A DNA stretch of 64,000 nucleotides from Amphiscolops sp. MND2022 (taxonomy: Eukaryota): NCBI GenBank assembly GCA_964187785.1, contig OZ076409.1, positions 86,740,001 to 86,804,000 of the forward strand, written 5' to 3'. Each line of letters begins with the position of its first letter. Within the stretch, counting starts at the first letter, position 1. A program made the translations under genes and the position numbers. Positions 13,001 to 27,177 of the stretch are shown in pieces. The notes beneath the pieces were generated by a model, which saw only the letters and a list, made by a program, of their open reading frames with translations, was not told the origin of the DNA and searched no databases.

Positions 13001-13601
13001 GGCAGATTTTGTCGAAGTTATGATTATAACGTAGTCAGCTATGTTCACATACCCCTAGTGCCCTGAATGCAGGAGTGAAGCGAAGCTGATCTAAGTGCCA
13101 TATGGCCATGTCTCAATGTTGCTACTTGGCGAAGGGAGCGAAGCGACCGAGCTATACAACAAATATGCTGAATTTTTGTAATATTTTTCGTTTCTTAAGT
13201 GTTATGTTAAAAATTCCATTCAGTTTTGGTCTTTAATAGTTTTTTCAACCGCATTTCTTCAACTGCATGTGTTTGAATGAACTCGGTTCAATTGTGTGGT
13301 CATTTGGCATTAAAATTTTAACAGCGGAACTTGCCCTTGGTTTTGATGGATGGAGAAAAAATCCACACATTTCATTGGAGTTTTAGCCACCTTTCCAGCA
13401 CAAAATGAGCATGGCTACGAAATGCTTTTATTATCGTTTTCGCCCATGGCCACCGGAACATCTTGAACTCTCATCACTGCACAAGAACATTTGGAACATA
13501 TTGAATACCATCTAAGCTTGTATCATTATTCCTGCTATAGCAGGAATAATATTGAAATCTGAACTTTGCATTTTTTTCAGTCACATTTTTGACGCCATTT
13601 G
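10022..13601. repeat. Direct tandem duplication, 1790-bp unit (10022-11811 / 11812-13601)
   Basis: Near-identical sequence at an offset of 1790 with only scattered differences. 'TG' microhomology at the junction. Confidence 0.95.
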
Positions 13602-15790
13602 AGTGCCCACTGAAAAACTCAGATACTTTGTTCGGCATTGAGTATAAGTGGGTGATTTGAGTTTCTAAAGCTGCCAATGACAATTCGTTTCTCGTCGATG
13701 GAAGGAGCGAGTGGGGCGAGTGGAATTATGCTTTCGTACGCCGAGTTATTGAAATGAAGCGAACGAGTGTTAATTATTCATTCGCCGAGAACTTCGACTG
13801 CATTCAAATGCGTATACGAAACTTCGTCTACACTTAGTGTCGTGAGCGCGTAAATTAGATTGACTACTATTTTGGTAATCAAAGCGCTGGTCATTCCTGT
13901 TAGTTTTCTTACCTTCCTCGCCGTAAGTTTCTTCGGGATATACTTCCGGTCTCTCGGACGGAACGTTCCACCTGTTCTGTGTCATTTGGCCCGATCCGGC
14001 ATTCAGGGCAGTTTGGACGTGTGGTAATATTTGACTACCGATTGAGCCACTAATTGCCTTTTGGATCTGGGTGTTAAAACTACTCATCATTTCGTCTAAT
14101 TCCCTCGACAACCTTGAATTAGTTCACTTGACAATCTATTGATCTCTGCACTGGAATTACCTTCCGATGAATTTTGACCGTAGTTGGCATTAGTTTCGAG
14201 ATTGATCTCCCTTGAGTCTAATCGTCTATTTTCGTTATTTTTTTCAAACTCATCTTCTATAGTACTTTCTCGCCTTCTGGCACAATTACTATTGAGGCTT
14301 TCATCCCTTTCATTTCTGTCGAAGTGATTTTCTCCAAGCATGATGTCTAAGTTTTCTATATCTGAGAACATCTCAATTCCTCTAGATTTCCTAGCTTTCT
14401 TCTGTTTTCTAGTACTGGGCATTGAGAAAAGTCCGAATTAAACAATGAATTACTCAACTCGGAAAATAACAGTGAAACCGTTGGTAGGAACAATCTTTAC
14501 TAGTCGTATCAAGTCTGAATTGTGTCCCACTCAGGCAAAGCACCGGTATTTAATACCCCCTGAGTGGATGACACTCACATTTTCTACATATTTCTAGTCA
14601 ATATTAATATCATAATGTATGTAATACACATGACATTTTCCCAATATTTTACATATCCTGGGAATTTAACAGACAACATTTTGAAAGGTATTTAACCCAT
14701 TCCGCAACTTCAAACAATTTATTTAACAAAACATCATCATTAGGGTATCAACAAATGTTAGTATTCAACAAGGGATTTCAATGCATTCAACTTCATAAGA
14801 CGGTGTTGGCACGTGCCGCCACGCGAGTGAAGTTGAGTTTGCTGAAGAATGAAAACACATGCAAAGTCCTATGAACGCTTCAATACAATACTATTTACTA
14901 TAATAGCGCAAAGCACAACATTCTCATAATAAGGCCGGAATTGGCCAGATCCAAATTATTAGATGGGCACCGGAAGGAAAAAAGTAAAATGCCTTATTCG
15001 TCCATTAATGAAACATCAGTCTAATTTAGTCATCAGAACAGCACAAAAGTGGTTACTTAGTACTGAAAGCATAGCTATAGTAACACCGGTTAATTACTGC
15101 TACAATTAGAATAGCAACATCATATTTATTTGAAATGGCCGGAGTCGGCCATTTGACCAAAGCGTAGATTAAAATAATTGCATTGAGTCAATTGGCCTTA
15201 CTCGGCCGCCACTACATTAAAGTCGTACTAGTACTGCAAAATGAAGCAATATGATTGGTTGGAATGCTGAGCTCGAGTGACGTTTCCGGAATTAGAGTTG
15301 CGTTCACTGAAACTCGTTTCCTATACTGCGTGCATTCGCTTGTATTCCAATTCATCTTGTACTACAATTTTAACTGCATCGATATTATTACAAAACAACT
15401 AACTTGGAAATTTCGATTCTGGGCTTTAACAGACTAATCAAGATGATAATGAAATCAGCAAAATGTTCAATGGTACTACATTATTAGCAAGAATATTAAG
15501 GCAATAGTTTTGAGAGTTTTAGTTTTAAAATATGGGCAACGTGCCCGGTGCACATTCCTCACCTGTAGAGGTAGTGGTGATCCTGCTGCCATCACAGGCG
15601 GCAGCCTGCGACACTTAGTAGTTAGGTTTTGTTTAGTCCGAGAATTAAAAGCAGTGTAAACTGGTACAGTGATTAATTGTGCCCTATATAATGATTAAAA
15701 ATGAGTGTTCAGTTATCCAGAAATGCTTCTGTTTTTGAACAAGACAGCCTAAAAAAGAGAAAGAAAACAATGCCATGCAGGGCCCATTTT
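13523..15790 (+). mobile_element. Non-autonomous Helentron-like element, family B, interrupted by a solo LTR
   Basis: 5' palindrome ATTATTCCTGCTATAGCAGGAATAAT. Internal blocks are shared with 29146-29580 and 31318-31895. Sequence resumes after the LTR at 15614. Confidence 0.55.
13838..15613 (-). mobile_element. Solo LTR (1776 bp) of a gypsy-like family containing the 5' part of gag
   Basis: Termini TGTCG...CGACA. 5-bp TSD CTTAG at 13833-13837 and 15614-15618. Internal ORFs MPSTRKQKK..DIENLDIMLG and SRELDEMM..RAHD are homologous to 8448-8795. Confidence 0.88.
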
Positions 15791-17860
15791 AATAATATGA
15801 CAGTAGCAATTATTGAAGACAATTAAGAGACAATGAAATGTCTGGCGAACAGTTGCTCACTTCCATTAGTTGGATCTCACCAATATGACCTGGCAGTCAC
15901 AAAATTTTTGAACGGGCATGAGCTGCTTCTGAAAAAGCTGGAGGCGATGATGGTAAGGCTGACATCTAGTCTTAAGTTGGCTGGCTTTCTCAGAAAACAT
16001 ACACCCTTGGAACCTGTTTCCAGAAACGAAACTAGATAGCCAGGGAAAGTGTTAATGATTGATAACTATCACAGCTCTACATACTGACACTGAGAGAAAA
16101 CGCAACACTTGCTGAATTGCACTTGCCGTTGTCTGATAGAAAGCGCCCAGTCGAAAGAAAACGAAATCTTGAAAATTGACTCCAAAAACGTTTTTAAAAA
16201 ACACTCTAAAGTTTATAAGTACTCACACTCGGCGTACAGTCAGTCAGCCAAGTTTCCTTTTTTACGGTCATTCAGTAAACAAACTTTGTGAAGGGACCCA
16301 GCAAGGAGATCTAGAATCTCCAATTTTGTTTTCGGATTCCAATCAGGATCTGATTGAAATTTCGGAGTCGAAAATAATGACCCTATAGTAACTCCACGAT
16401 GGAAATTTAAGTGATGATTACATAACCGTTTTGAAAGATCTCAAAAAATTGTTGCAGCGGAAAAAACACTGGGACTCAGAATTAAACCCACGAAATGCAA
16501 AATTTTTCCCCTGCATGACATCGCTGAACAACGACGATCGAAAATTCTAGCATCTTTCCACAAAATTTGCCCGAGATCAAAACACCAACGAAAAATGAAC
16601 TTCTCTTTCTTGGTTCATCACTTGGCACGAAGTCGCAGGGGTATTGGAAAAGAAATTTCATGAACTGGAATTTGTTAATGGAATTGTTGAAAGATTGGTT
16701 GCGCATTATGGTATTTTTATGTTCTTGAGAACCAGTATATATTTCAATCATCCAGCTCTCTTGGAAAGGTATGACAAAACCGTACGCGAGGACATTTTTA
16801 GGAATCTTTTATTAAATAAATACTTAAGGATGCAAAGTCGAAAAAAAATGTTTTTTATGTGTTTAAAACATGTTTTTTTTCGTGATTGTTCTCCATGTTT
16901 TTTCCGTTTGGCCAACCCTGTTTTCCAAAGGGTGAAACGTGAACTTTGACGCAATTCGACTCTCGGCTGGCTCTGGCCGTTGAACCGTTGAAAGGGGTGG
17001 TCTTGAGGTTTCATTCGCATCAATATTAGCATTTCCGGCATTTTTGGCCTCAGTTTTTGGTGCGAGTGACTTTCTCAGCACAATTTTTTCCGAAACCTCC
17101 GAAGATGCCTCGTTCACAAAAACGCTTGAAAAATGCCTGAGGATGACGAATGAAGAGGAAAGTCATCTCGATGGAACTAAGAAAAATTGGACCCAATCTG
17201 TTAACGTCAAAGTAGTCCAAGATGTGATTTCTAGAATGAACGACAAACGTTCTGAAGTTTTAACCGCTCATCCAGGCCAGTTCGGGTCTCAGTGGCTGAA
17301 CGTTGTTCCTTGCAAGAATCTATGCCTGAAATTTGATGATCAGCAGCTTTGAATTTCAGTTGGTTTACGTCTCGATGCCAACATCTGTGTTGCGAACGCC
17401 ATACGTGCCACTCTGGTAAGAGCGTTGAACGGGACGGTTTACACGGTCTGTCTTGTACCAAGAGTGCTGGTCGCTTCTCACGTCATGCTACTCTCAATGC
17501 CCGCATAAAGCAGGCGTAGGGATCTCTCGACTTGCCTTCAATGCATCGAGGCTGAAGCGCGTAAAATTGAGAAGCATCGCAAAATAACTGACAATGGGTA
17601 CATTTTTGAACCGGTGGCCATGGAAGTACAGGGTTCTATAGACGAGTCAGTGAAATTTTCATCACGCGTCTCTATAAAATGCTGTGTTGTTCACACGACG
17701 ATCCACGAGCGGCAGCTTTTTGAAGCAACGGTTCTCAGGGGTCTTCAGATCCAATGGCTCGACAATGCGATCCAATCGATCTGAATAGCTCGGCGATGCG
17801 ACCAGTGTTCTAGGAACTGTGAACGACGGAGAATATTTTGAAGAAATTTTTTACGTATAG
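15790..17860 (+). mobile_element. Degraded CRE-like non-LTR retrotransposon (RT plus C-terminal Cys/His and REL-type region)
   Basis: Fragments [58 protein letters not shown] and FEPVAMEVQG. Many stops and frameshifts. Confidence 0.7.
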
Positions 17861-17937
17861 TCATTTTTTTGTAAACCTGTATGTCAATGCAGCTTTTTCT
17901 GGAATTTGCTTCAACCGGTCGATTGGGATAGTGGCTG

Positions 17938-18800
17938 CATTACGATACACATCCCGGTAACGAACTAGCAGGTTCCTGCTAGTTCGATTTTTGTCCAATC
18001 AGAGCGCGATTTTTTCGGAAGTTTTACACTTGTCACACATTAAGCGCATTGATAGGACGTTACACTAGTTGACACAGCTTCGTACTTTGACTAGTTTACA
18101 CCATTGGATAGTACAGTAATTGACTAGTTTACACCAAACAGCATTTTTACGGAATTTGACTAACTACACTGTGCATCTCATATTTACATATGAGGGCTGC
18201 TTTGAAATTCTATTTTATTAAAATAGGAAACCCGGTAACAGATCAATCAATTGTTATTATTGTACTAATTAGTAGCTACGAGGCAGTTTATTTGCACGTA
18301 AATGCGTGAATGAAATACACGTGTACACGAGCGCAACTTGCATTGAATGGAGTTTATACGTACTATGCACGGTAGAACTTAGCAATGATAACTAATTATT
18401 TATTGAATCATTGTTTACTATGACTGGTTTACGATGCTGTGGTATGAATTGGAATTAAAATGGACACTGAGTTTTGAATGCATATAAACCTGGTGTAAGT
18501 TAGTCAAACTTTTGACTAACTTCCACTTTTTGCAAGTATAGCGATCTGCAATTTGCAAAAAATGGAAGTTAGTCAAAGTTTTGACTGAATTACGGAAAAG
18601 AGTGTTTTTGGACTAACTTCCACTTTTCAGTAACTACGTGCTTTGACTAGTTTACACTATTTTCCATTACTCGCGTTGACACAGCTACACCGTTGAAGCA
18701 TAGACCGTCTTGACTAACTTACGCTGAAAGACGATTTTACGGATTACACAGATTACGCTGCGTGACTGAAATCCATTTTACCGGGATGTGTATCGTAATG
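17938..18800. mobile_element. Non-autonomous TIR element with CATTA..TAATG ends (CMC/EnSpm-like)
   Basis: Perfect 23-bp TIR CATTACGATACACATCCCGGTAA. 2-bp TSD TG. Multiple TTGACTAGTTTACAC/TTGACTAACTTCCAC internal repeats. Confidence 0.85.
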
Positions 18801-19399
18801 TGGTATGAGTAGTTTGCAGGCTGTTTTTGCTGTTACAGTTCTTCTGGAATAGTGGCTGGTATGAAGGTTTTCTCCTTCCGTAGCAGACAACGGCTGTGTG
18901 TTTTCTCCCCACAACATGATGACACACATGGCCTTTGCTTGATGACGATGACCCATGACATATGATACAGGGAAAAAATTGCATCAAAAAATGGAAACGA
19001 AATAAATAATAAAACACTATTACTCATGCCAGCCACTATCCTTTTTTCACAATCACTTCAGGTCTCGGTCGCATCAGGGTTGTGCTTTTTTTGTTTTGAT
19101 TGACATAATTGTGCTTTGATTGTCCTAAGTCTATCAAGCTACGAATAAAGCTTGATAACATTTAAATAGATTTTTAGTTGAAATGCTGGCAGCGACGGCT
19201 TATCTTATCATCGGTGAGAAAACTGAAAACCTTTGAACTTCCTGTCTGTTTATTTCAACTGCTATTCAACGGAGAATTAATTCTTGGAAATATACCTCTA
19301 ATGATGAGAAAGAAACTGATTACAGATGGTATAGACCCAAAAGTGTTACGTGTTATGGACGGCGGTTATGAGTTACGTGTTATGAGAATAACCGACAGT

Positions 19400-22300
19400 G
19401 GAACAGAGTTGTAAGTCTACCAAACGATTGACTGTCCCTCTACTTGAATATGTTAGTTTGCAACGTTCATCGCATTTTCAAAACTGATAGACGAACATAT
19501 TTTTCCAACTTCAAACGGACCTGTAGCAGATACGAAATTCTATGCTTGAGCGAAACTTGGCATACGGAGAGCATTAGCAAAAAGGCTTTGCTTTTGGAAA
19601 ACTTTAAAATGTATAGAAATGACAGTCACCGCGGCTGCACCAAGCATGGTGGTGAGCATATTGCTGTCACCAGAACAATTAACAGCTCTGAGGTGATAAC
19701 GCATCTCTCTGACGGTATCATTGTACGGATCCTTCGGCCTCTCCCAATTCTTAAAACTTGCATCTGCAGCGGGCCAAAGCAGTGCCCTCATTGCTGGACA
19801 TCTGAACAATTCTTGGATTGTTTTAGGACAATTAAGCACAGACAGTATGAACTGAAAGCCCATAACGGCTTCATTGATCGAGACATTAACCTTTCATCAA
19901 CTGACTGGCATCTTTGAGCTCTCCGTCCATGAAGGAACAAAGTATACTGGACATGGTTTAAAAAAACAACTTTGAAAATATGATAACGACAGCCAGCCAC
20001 TAACAAAAATTGAGAAAACTTGTTATCAAATCAACCCCACTACGTTATTGACACAGCTACAGACAGTTTGTTGAAAAGCCTGTTCTGGTCTGACCATCCA
20101 CCTCATGTAGCTAAATTGATTTTCGAAGCTGTCTGCAAATACAAACGGAATTCAACATTGAGCATAAAATTCTCCAGCCCATCTTTATAAAACGCCAACT
20201 GGGATGAAATAAACCGTTAGATTAGCGATAATATTTACAACCCATACTGCTTCAGCAATATAAACCATATGTTTAGCGCTTGGCACGAAATGCTATTCGA
20301 TATTCTACAGGATTTCATACCTCGCACAACGAGACAGATGAAAAATTTTGCACCTTGTGTGCAGTCCCAATCGTCCCACCTCATCAAAAAGTTCAAGACT
20401 CCTCGGTCAAAACATCAAAATGCCGCAGCTGTGAAGAAAGTGGAACACGTTCGAACTGAGTTTCAATCGACTTACGAAAGGATCAAGCAGGTTGTGAAAC
20501 TAAGCTTGTCCGCGAAAGAAAGTTTTCAGACATATATTTGTCAAAAGTCTCTCAAAAGACAGTCAACTTACAGCGAATGTTATTTGGATGGATGTCGCAA
20601 CTACGGATGGAGTCAAAGCGGAGCTCTTCAATGCGTATTTTCCGTCGCTCTTCCATATTCTAAAAAAGCAATATAATGACGTCTTCCATAGACTGTCCTT
20701 AAAAACAACAATATCCTCTTCTTACCAGGAGAAATTGAAGATTTGCTTGAACGTCTTGAAACGAAGAAACCCAAGGGAGCAGATAGGATCAGCAAAAAAT
20801 TCTCAAGAATCTTGCTAGTAGCCTGTCCAAATTTCTTGTACTTTTGTTCAACACAATTGCCAACAACGCAGCCTTCCCAACGGCCAGGATGTAGAGTGAA
20901 ATAATAGTTGTATGAAAAAAAGGTGACAAACAACAAGTGTCTAACTATTGACCAATTAGTTTACCCTTATCTGTGTCCAAGCACTCGAGAAACTGATCTT
21001 CGACAAGTTTTACTTGATGGTTTCCCCGCAACTCTCAGCTCAACAACATGGTTTTCGCAAAAGCGAACAACAATTATGAAACTGATAGAGTACCTACATC
21101 AACTAGGTGGGGTATTTTGAGATCAAGTTTTTTGGGTTCGAAAAGCGAGATCGAAATTGGATCGAAAATTTTAAGACCGAATTGTAAGAAAATAAAATGC
21201 TTGAGGTACTTTTCCCCACCTACTATGGGGTCATTTACGAAGTATGCACGCTCACCTTCACAGTCGCAAAAACTAGCTCCCATTACGATCGCTTCGCGAA
21301 CTCCGTTCCCGCTAGGTTTTTGCTCCTGTTCGATGCCGATGGGAACACAAGCACCCCAGGGGGCCGCGGGGCAGTAGAAGAAATTTGGGCATGCCCAAGG
21401 GCCAAAAACTTTGTTATTTGAAAATGCTAGGTCTTTTAAGCATTAGTTCGATCTAGTTTTTTTTTCAACCATTTGACTTCAATCTCAGTTACAGCTTGCA
21501 TATTCGCGCAAAATGATTCGATCCAAACATCTATCGCCCATTCACCATACCTCAACTTCGACAATCCGAGCACTGCCTACCTTCTTATTTTTTATATTAA
21601 CTTCGAGAAAGTCTTTGATAAAGTAAATCATTCCATCCTGTTGAAAAAGTTGAAATTAATTGGTATTCGTGGAAACTCTCTCAAAATATTGCAGAGCTAT
21701 CTCGAGAATCGGAAACAAACTGTAAATGTCGCGTACTCTGTCTCGCATGAACTAACCGTAATCACTGTAGTTCCACAATGGTCCACCCTTTGTAATCCAT
21801 TTTTCTTGGCTTTCAACAACGACCTGGGTGTAATATTTTTGTCTGATTGGGTGTAATAATCTTAGATAATCGAACCTGGTCTTAGCAGGCAAGAAAACGA
21901 GTGGCGAAGGCCTTGAAAGCACTATATGTCATCAAGCAAAATCTTGCCAGTACGACTCTGAGAAACAGAAATTTAGCCTACATTAGTTACATTGCGCCCA
22001 TTATCAGCTATGGATCACCGCTTTCGGAAACCAAGCAAATCCGACTTAGATGTTCTAGATAGTTTACAATTAAAGGCTTTTACCTGGTTTCTCGGGTACA
22101 ATTATAATCGATAATGCTACAAAAGTTGTTTTACAGATCTTAAATTCTTCCACTATCTTTGTACCACGAACTACACATCATTCTTATATTTGGTGAAATT
22201 TTGTCCGATAAAATAAACAATTTTTCAGCAGGAGAGAGTTCAAATGACTGACGTAGGGAACACAAGAAAGAAGAACACCAGAAATTTCAGATGCCATAGT

Positions 22301-22610
22301 TATCGTTTGAAGAAGAACGAGTCGGATTTCTGGTACGAGCTTGTAAACTTACGAACCTGTGCAATGACTACTTTAAGTCAGATTTATTATTCGAAGACGG
22401 ACAAAAAAAAGAAGTCACTCGATCTGTACCACTTCACCCACAAATACAATGATGGAGAACACCTTTGTACATAGAGACTGCTCTGTGGATGTCCAAATTG
22501 AAGGGATATCAAGAAACTCTTAACAGATATACTGCAAAAGTCATGGTCATTACGACCCTATGACGTAGGTCCTAAAATCTTTATATTCTTCATATTATTA
22601 TTTCCTCGTT
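19400..22610 (+). mobile_element. Degraded CR1/L2-like LINE ORF2 (APE endonuclease plus RT)
   Basis: LCLSETWH, MYRND..GG, HGFR, FYINFEKVFDKVNHSILLKKLKLIGIRG and VPQWSTL. Interrupted by a ~440-bp insert at ~21107-21547. Confidence 0.8.
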
Positions 22611-25300
22611 CTTATGGGAATTGAGTCCTCACATTCCTACCTCGATCGGGTTTATACTACTGAGGGGATCACCCTTAATTATTTTCTGTTTATGGCTAGT
22701 GTCAAGTTTAGATGGCTGAAAGCCGACCAGCTGACAGGCTGACAGACAGCCGATGAAACGATTGAGGTCAAAAATAGATAGCAGACTTGACAAGTACCTG
22801 CCAGACAGTGAACTGAATTGCACTTTTTATGGCACCTGCTCTGACCTGTAATTAAAAGTATTTATATCGCTTGCAATTTCTTTTGTGTCATTCCAATATT
22901 CAATTCAAATATTAATCACTGCATCCATTTTTTGAGTTATGGGCCCAGGGCAAGCTGAGCAAGAATGGGAAGTCCAGTGGCACCAGCAGGGGACCGGAGA
23001 AGCAAGGCTTTTTCTGCTTCCGAAGCTTTGAGGGGGCTCTAGAGGAAGGAGGACACGAGCTATTGGTGGAAACGGGTTGCAAAGGGTTCATGATGGAGGA
23101 CAGGGCTCTCTTCAAGGAACTCGACGAGGCTTTCAACACCGATGTGGGCAATGCGAACGGGAGTCGAACACGAGTGGAAGGTAAAGGCACAGCACGATGT
23201 GGGATGCTGGACGGCAAGATCAGGATGTGTGAGCTCGAGCTGAAGCAGGCCTTCTGGTTATCCACCAACAACCGCAACCTGATTTCTGTAAAGAAAATAG
23301 CCGAGCAGGGTGCAATTGTCATCAGGAGTCATACAAAGGATACATCAGGAGTCACACGAGGGTTTATGACATGCAATCGGGTTCATTGACAGCTACTCTT
23401 GATATGCTGTCTTGTACCCAATGCGGACACGAGGCGAGGTCATTGAGAAGCTGGAACTCTTCATTGCAGTTGTGGGCTCACCTGGAACACTTGTCTTGGA
23501 CGGGGCACAAGATACCATATCACGGGGTTTCAACAATGTGTGTCGCAAGAGTGGCATTCGGCAGGAGTACTCAGCGCCATACACTCCACAGGAGAATGGC
23601 AAAATTGAGCGCGTGTGGGGCACTGTCACAGGAATGACGAGGTGCATGCTCGAGACGGAGGGTCAGCCGAGGCAACTCTGACTTTATTCTTTAGCTACAT
23701 CTTTCTATGTCAAAAACAGATGTTTCCACTCTGCGGACGCCGTATGAAATGTTCCTTGGCGAGAGGCCAAACCTGAGTGAGATGCAACTTTTTGGATGTC
23801 GAGCGTTTGTGCTCACCGAGCACGGGAAGAAACTGGACAGCAAGGCTCAGACGGGGATCTTTCTTGGCTACTCGAGCAGAAGCAAGTTTTTCATCGTGTG
23901 TACTGAAGACAGAACTCCTCAGCGAAAGCCGAGCAAGATGTAGACATCAAGGAACGTGACGTTCAACATGGGCTGCTTCCCAGGAGCTGTTGTATCTGCC
24001 GACCCAGACATGACTCAGGATAGATGCGGGGAAACGACAATCCATTAAGACACTGGTCTACACGACATGAAGGGTTCACCACCAGATGTTGAGCAAGCAG
24101 AAGTAGCCGACGAAACAATTCTAAAAGCTGGACACTTGGATGACGAGGACGACAACATACAGCCGCAGAGGAGCGAAGCAGGGCGACAGCGGAGGAATGT
24201 CAGGCAGCCTCAACGACTCGATGACTTCGTGATGGGGGACGAGCTCCAAAACCTGGGACTAGACAGCGAGGTACTGGTGGCATCGACGGTCCTCGGATCC
24301 GCAGCCGCTGCTCTGGTTGACCCTAACTGGAAAGCAGCGATGCAGCGGGAGTACGATTCTTTGATGACGAACGAGCTGTGGTCTCTGGTTTCACGGCCAA
24401 CGGAGCAACAGCCGATCACTGTAGAGTGGCGCTTTGCGGTGAAAGTCAACGAGGACGGCAAAGTGACAAAGTACAAGGCACCTTATGTGGCGCGGGGCTT
24501 CACGCAGTCACCTGGCATAGACTACCACGAGACGTACTCACCAACGGTCAGACTGTCATCATTGAGGACAGTGTTTGCGTGCGGCGTGAGACAGGACATC
24601 AACTTCCGTCAAAAGGACATAAAGATAGCCTACTTCAATGCACCCATAGACGAAGGGAATTTTCTGGAGCAGCCCGAAGGGTTCAAGCAGGGTGACAGCG
24701 ACATGGTCTGTAAACTGAAGAGATCGTTCTACGGGCTCAAACAGTCAGGGCGCAACTGGTACGAGTGCCTAGCGCATCGACTGGAGCAGCTGGGTTTCAC
24801 TCTTCGCAGCACGACAGGTGTCTTTGGTCACAAAAGAGGGCTGATCATCATTGCTGGGCACTGGTGTGGGTCGATGACATCGTCTACGGTTCAATCGACG
24901 AGGAATTTGGACGATGGTTTGAGGCAGAGGTGGGCAAACTGTTCACAATTGGTGACCTTGTCCCTCTTGCGTAGTTCCTGGGCATTGCAATCAAAGCGGA
25001 ACAAGACAATTCGACGTTGGGTCACAAGCTGCACATATCAAACATTCTAACGAAATTCTGAATGCACAACTGCAAGATCGTTTCAACTCCCTTTCCAGAG
25101 AAATGTGCTCTCAGCAAAGACGACCAGTCGGAAGACGGCTCAGGGGATGTTTCTAAGATAGCTGGATGCGACTATCGAGGACTAGTGGGAAGCATCTCGT
25201 ACCTGGCGATGACGACGAGACCTGACCTGGAATTTGCAGCTCATCTCCTGTCGAGGTTCCTCAACAATCCTAGTCTGGTTCACTGGCAGGCGGCAAAACG

Positions 25301-25960
25301 CCAATTTGCTCCTCGACTGATGTCTTACAATGACTTCAAAAAGCAAAGTAAACCAGAAAACGGATTTGATATTACGGCAGCCATGGCCAATTTCAAACCT
25401 GCCAGTGTTGACCCAGAGAGATCGTTCTCGTATGAGCTAATATCCAAAAATTGGCTGCAAAATCGACTGCCAATCATGACAGAAATGTGTTCCTAAGCAA
25501 GAATCAACACTTGATTAATTGTTCTAAGTGACAATTTCTATGTTTTGAATTGTCTGAATATTTCTCGGCTTTGTGATTTCATCACGTAATTGGTTCACAG
25601 TTATGTGTAAACGCATAGTTTTGTGTTTGTTTTTGCGCTAGATTTCAGTTTGCTTCATTTTTTATAAAGTTGAGCCCAATTTAAGTTATTTTAAACAAAA
25701 CTTTTCTCAATGACATCATGGTAGAAAACGTCTCGTATTGTTGGTTACACATTCTTGTATGTTTTCATGCTTTTCCGAATTTCATAATTGTTGGATTCGG
25801 TCCGCTAAAATTTATTATGGAACCCAATTTTACCCCCCAAATACCGCGAACCACCCAAATACACAACCAAATAGTGGTTGTACTCCAAATACCAAAGACC
25901 CAAGTAGTGAATCTGCAACCCAAACCCAAATAACATCAACCCAATTAAATTGCAACCCTG
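25301..25960 (+). mobile_element. hAT transposon 3' fragment inserted in the Copia RT
   Basis: PASVDPERSFS resembles the hAT dimerization-domain motif. ACCCAA subterminal repeats and a terminal ..TTGCAACCCTG. The Copia frame QAAKR|LRFLRGT is split here. Confidence 0.65.
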
Positions 25961-26374
25961 GTTGCGGTTCCTCAGGGGCACCGGAGACGTGGGAATCAGA
26001 TACTTGCAGATATGCGAGGCACACTTGACAGGGTACTCAGACGCGGACTACGCGAGCTGCAAGGGGGACCGCAAAAACTTGACTGGATACTGTTTCAGCT
26101 ACAGGAGTGACGCGAAGAAACAGACATGCGAGGCCACATCAACAACGACAGAATCAGAGGTTCACTCACTGAGCGAAGTCGTTAAGGAAGCACTTCACTT
26201 TCAAGGAATCCTGGAGTGCATCAAGACCAAATAAACAACCATTTTCAGCGACTTCGATCATACTTGGTACTGGTCTCGAAGGACGATAGTAGCTACAAGG
26301 CGAAACACGGTCAAGTGCAGCGAGCACAGAATCTACTTGAAGTTTGTCTCATCAGCTGACAACATGGCGGACTT

Positions 26375-26614
26375 CATTACGGTGCGTAGGCAAGCTATTT
26401 TGCTGCTTGTCGTGGAATCCGGGACACGATAAATTCTGTACTTGTGCGGGAGAGAAAGAGATGGGCTTAATTCTTGTCCGTGGATTCCGTGGAATGCTTG
26501 TCCGTGGAATCCGGGACCAATTTTGCATGGTTAAAGGTATGGTCGTGGAATCCGAGGTGTGGAAAGCACAAAAATGCCCTTTGAGCAAATTTAGCTTGTC
26601 TATGCACTCTAATG
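26375..26614. mobile_element. CATTA..TAATG MITE inserted in the Copia RNase H
   Basis: Imperfect TIR, 2-bp TSD TT and GTGGAATCCG repeats. Removal restores DNMADLFTK. Same family as 48584-48797. Confidence 0.85.
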
Positions 26615-27177
26615 TTATTCACAAAATGATTGAGCAGACTCAAGACGATACAGCATAGGAAAGGACTTTCAGCCAAGCGTGGTTGTGGGTGGCTGTAAAT
26701 AGGTCGAATTTTTCTGGTCGAAAGGACAGAGATCGAACCTTTTGATCGAATTGCACGGATCGAAAAGAATCGGTCGAATTTTATCGTATTTGTTGTATGG
26801 CTCGGTCGCTTCGCTCCCTTCGCCAAGTAGCAACATTGAGGCATGGCCAAATGGCACGTCGCTCCGCTTCGCTTCGCTCCTGCATTCAGGGCACTAGGGG
26901 TTTGTGAACATATCTGACTACGTTATATAAATTTCGATCCGAGTTTCGATCCCATTCAAAAATTTGATATGTCGACCTGAAGACTAACTCTGATTTTCGA
27001 TCCCGTTCCTTCGACCAATTTCCGCTCACTTCGTGGTTGTCAGGTTTAGATGACTGAAAGCCGACCAGCTGATTGGCTGACCGACAGTCGATGAAACGAT
27101 TGAGGTCAAAAACAGATAGCAGACTTGACAGGTACCTGCCAGACAGTGAACTGAATTGTACTTTTTCTGGCACCCGC

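Noticed and set aside
18040..18730. Spaced TTGACTAGTTTACAC-like repeats resembling a CRISPR array
   Set aside because: Spacing is irregular, orientation is mixed and there are no cas genes. The repeats are internal to a TIR element in eukaryotic DNA.
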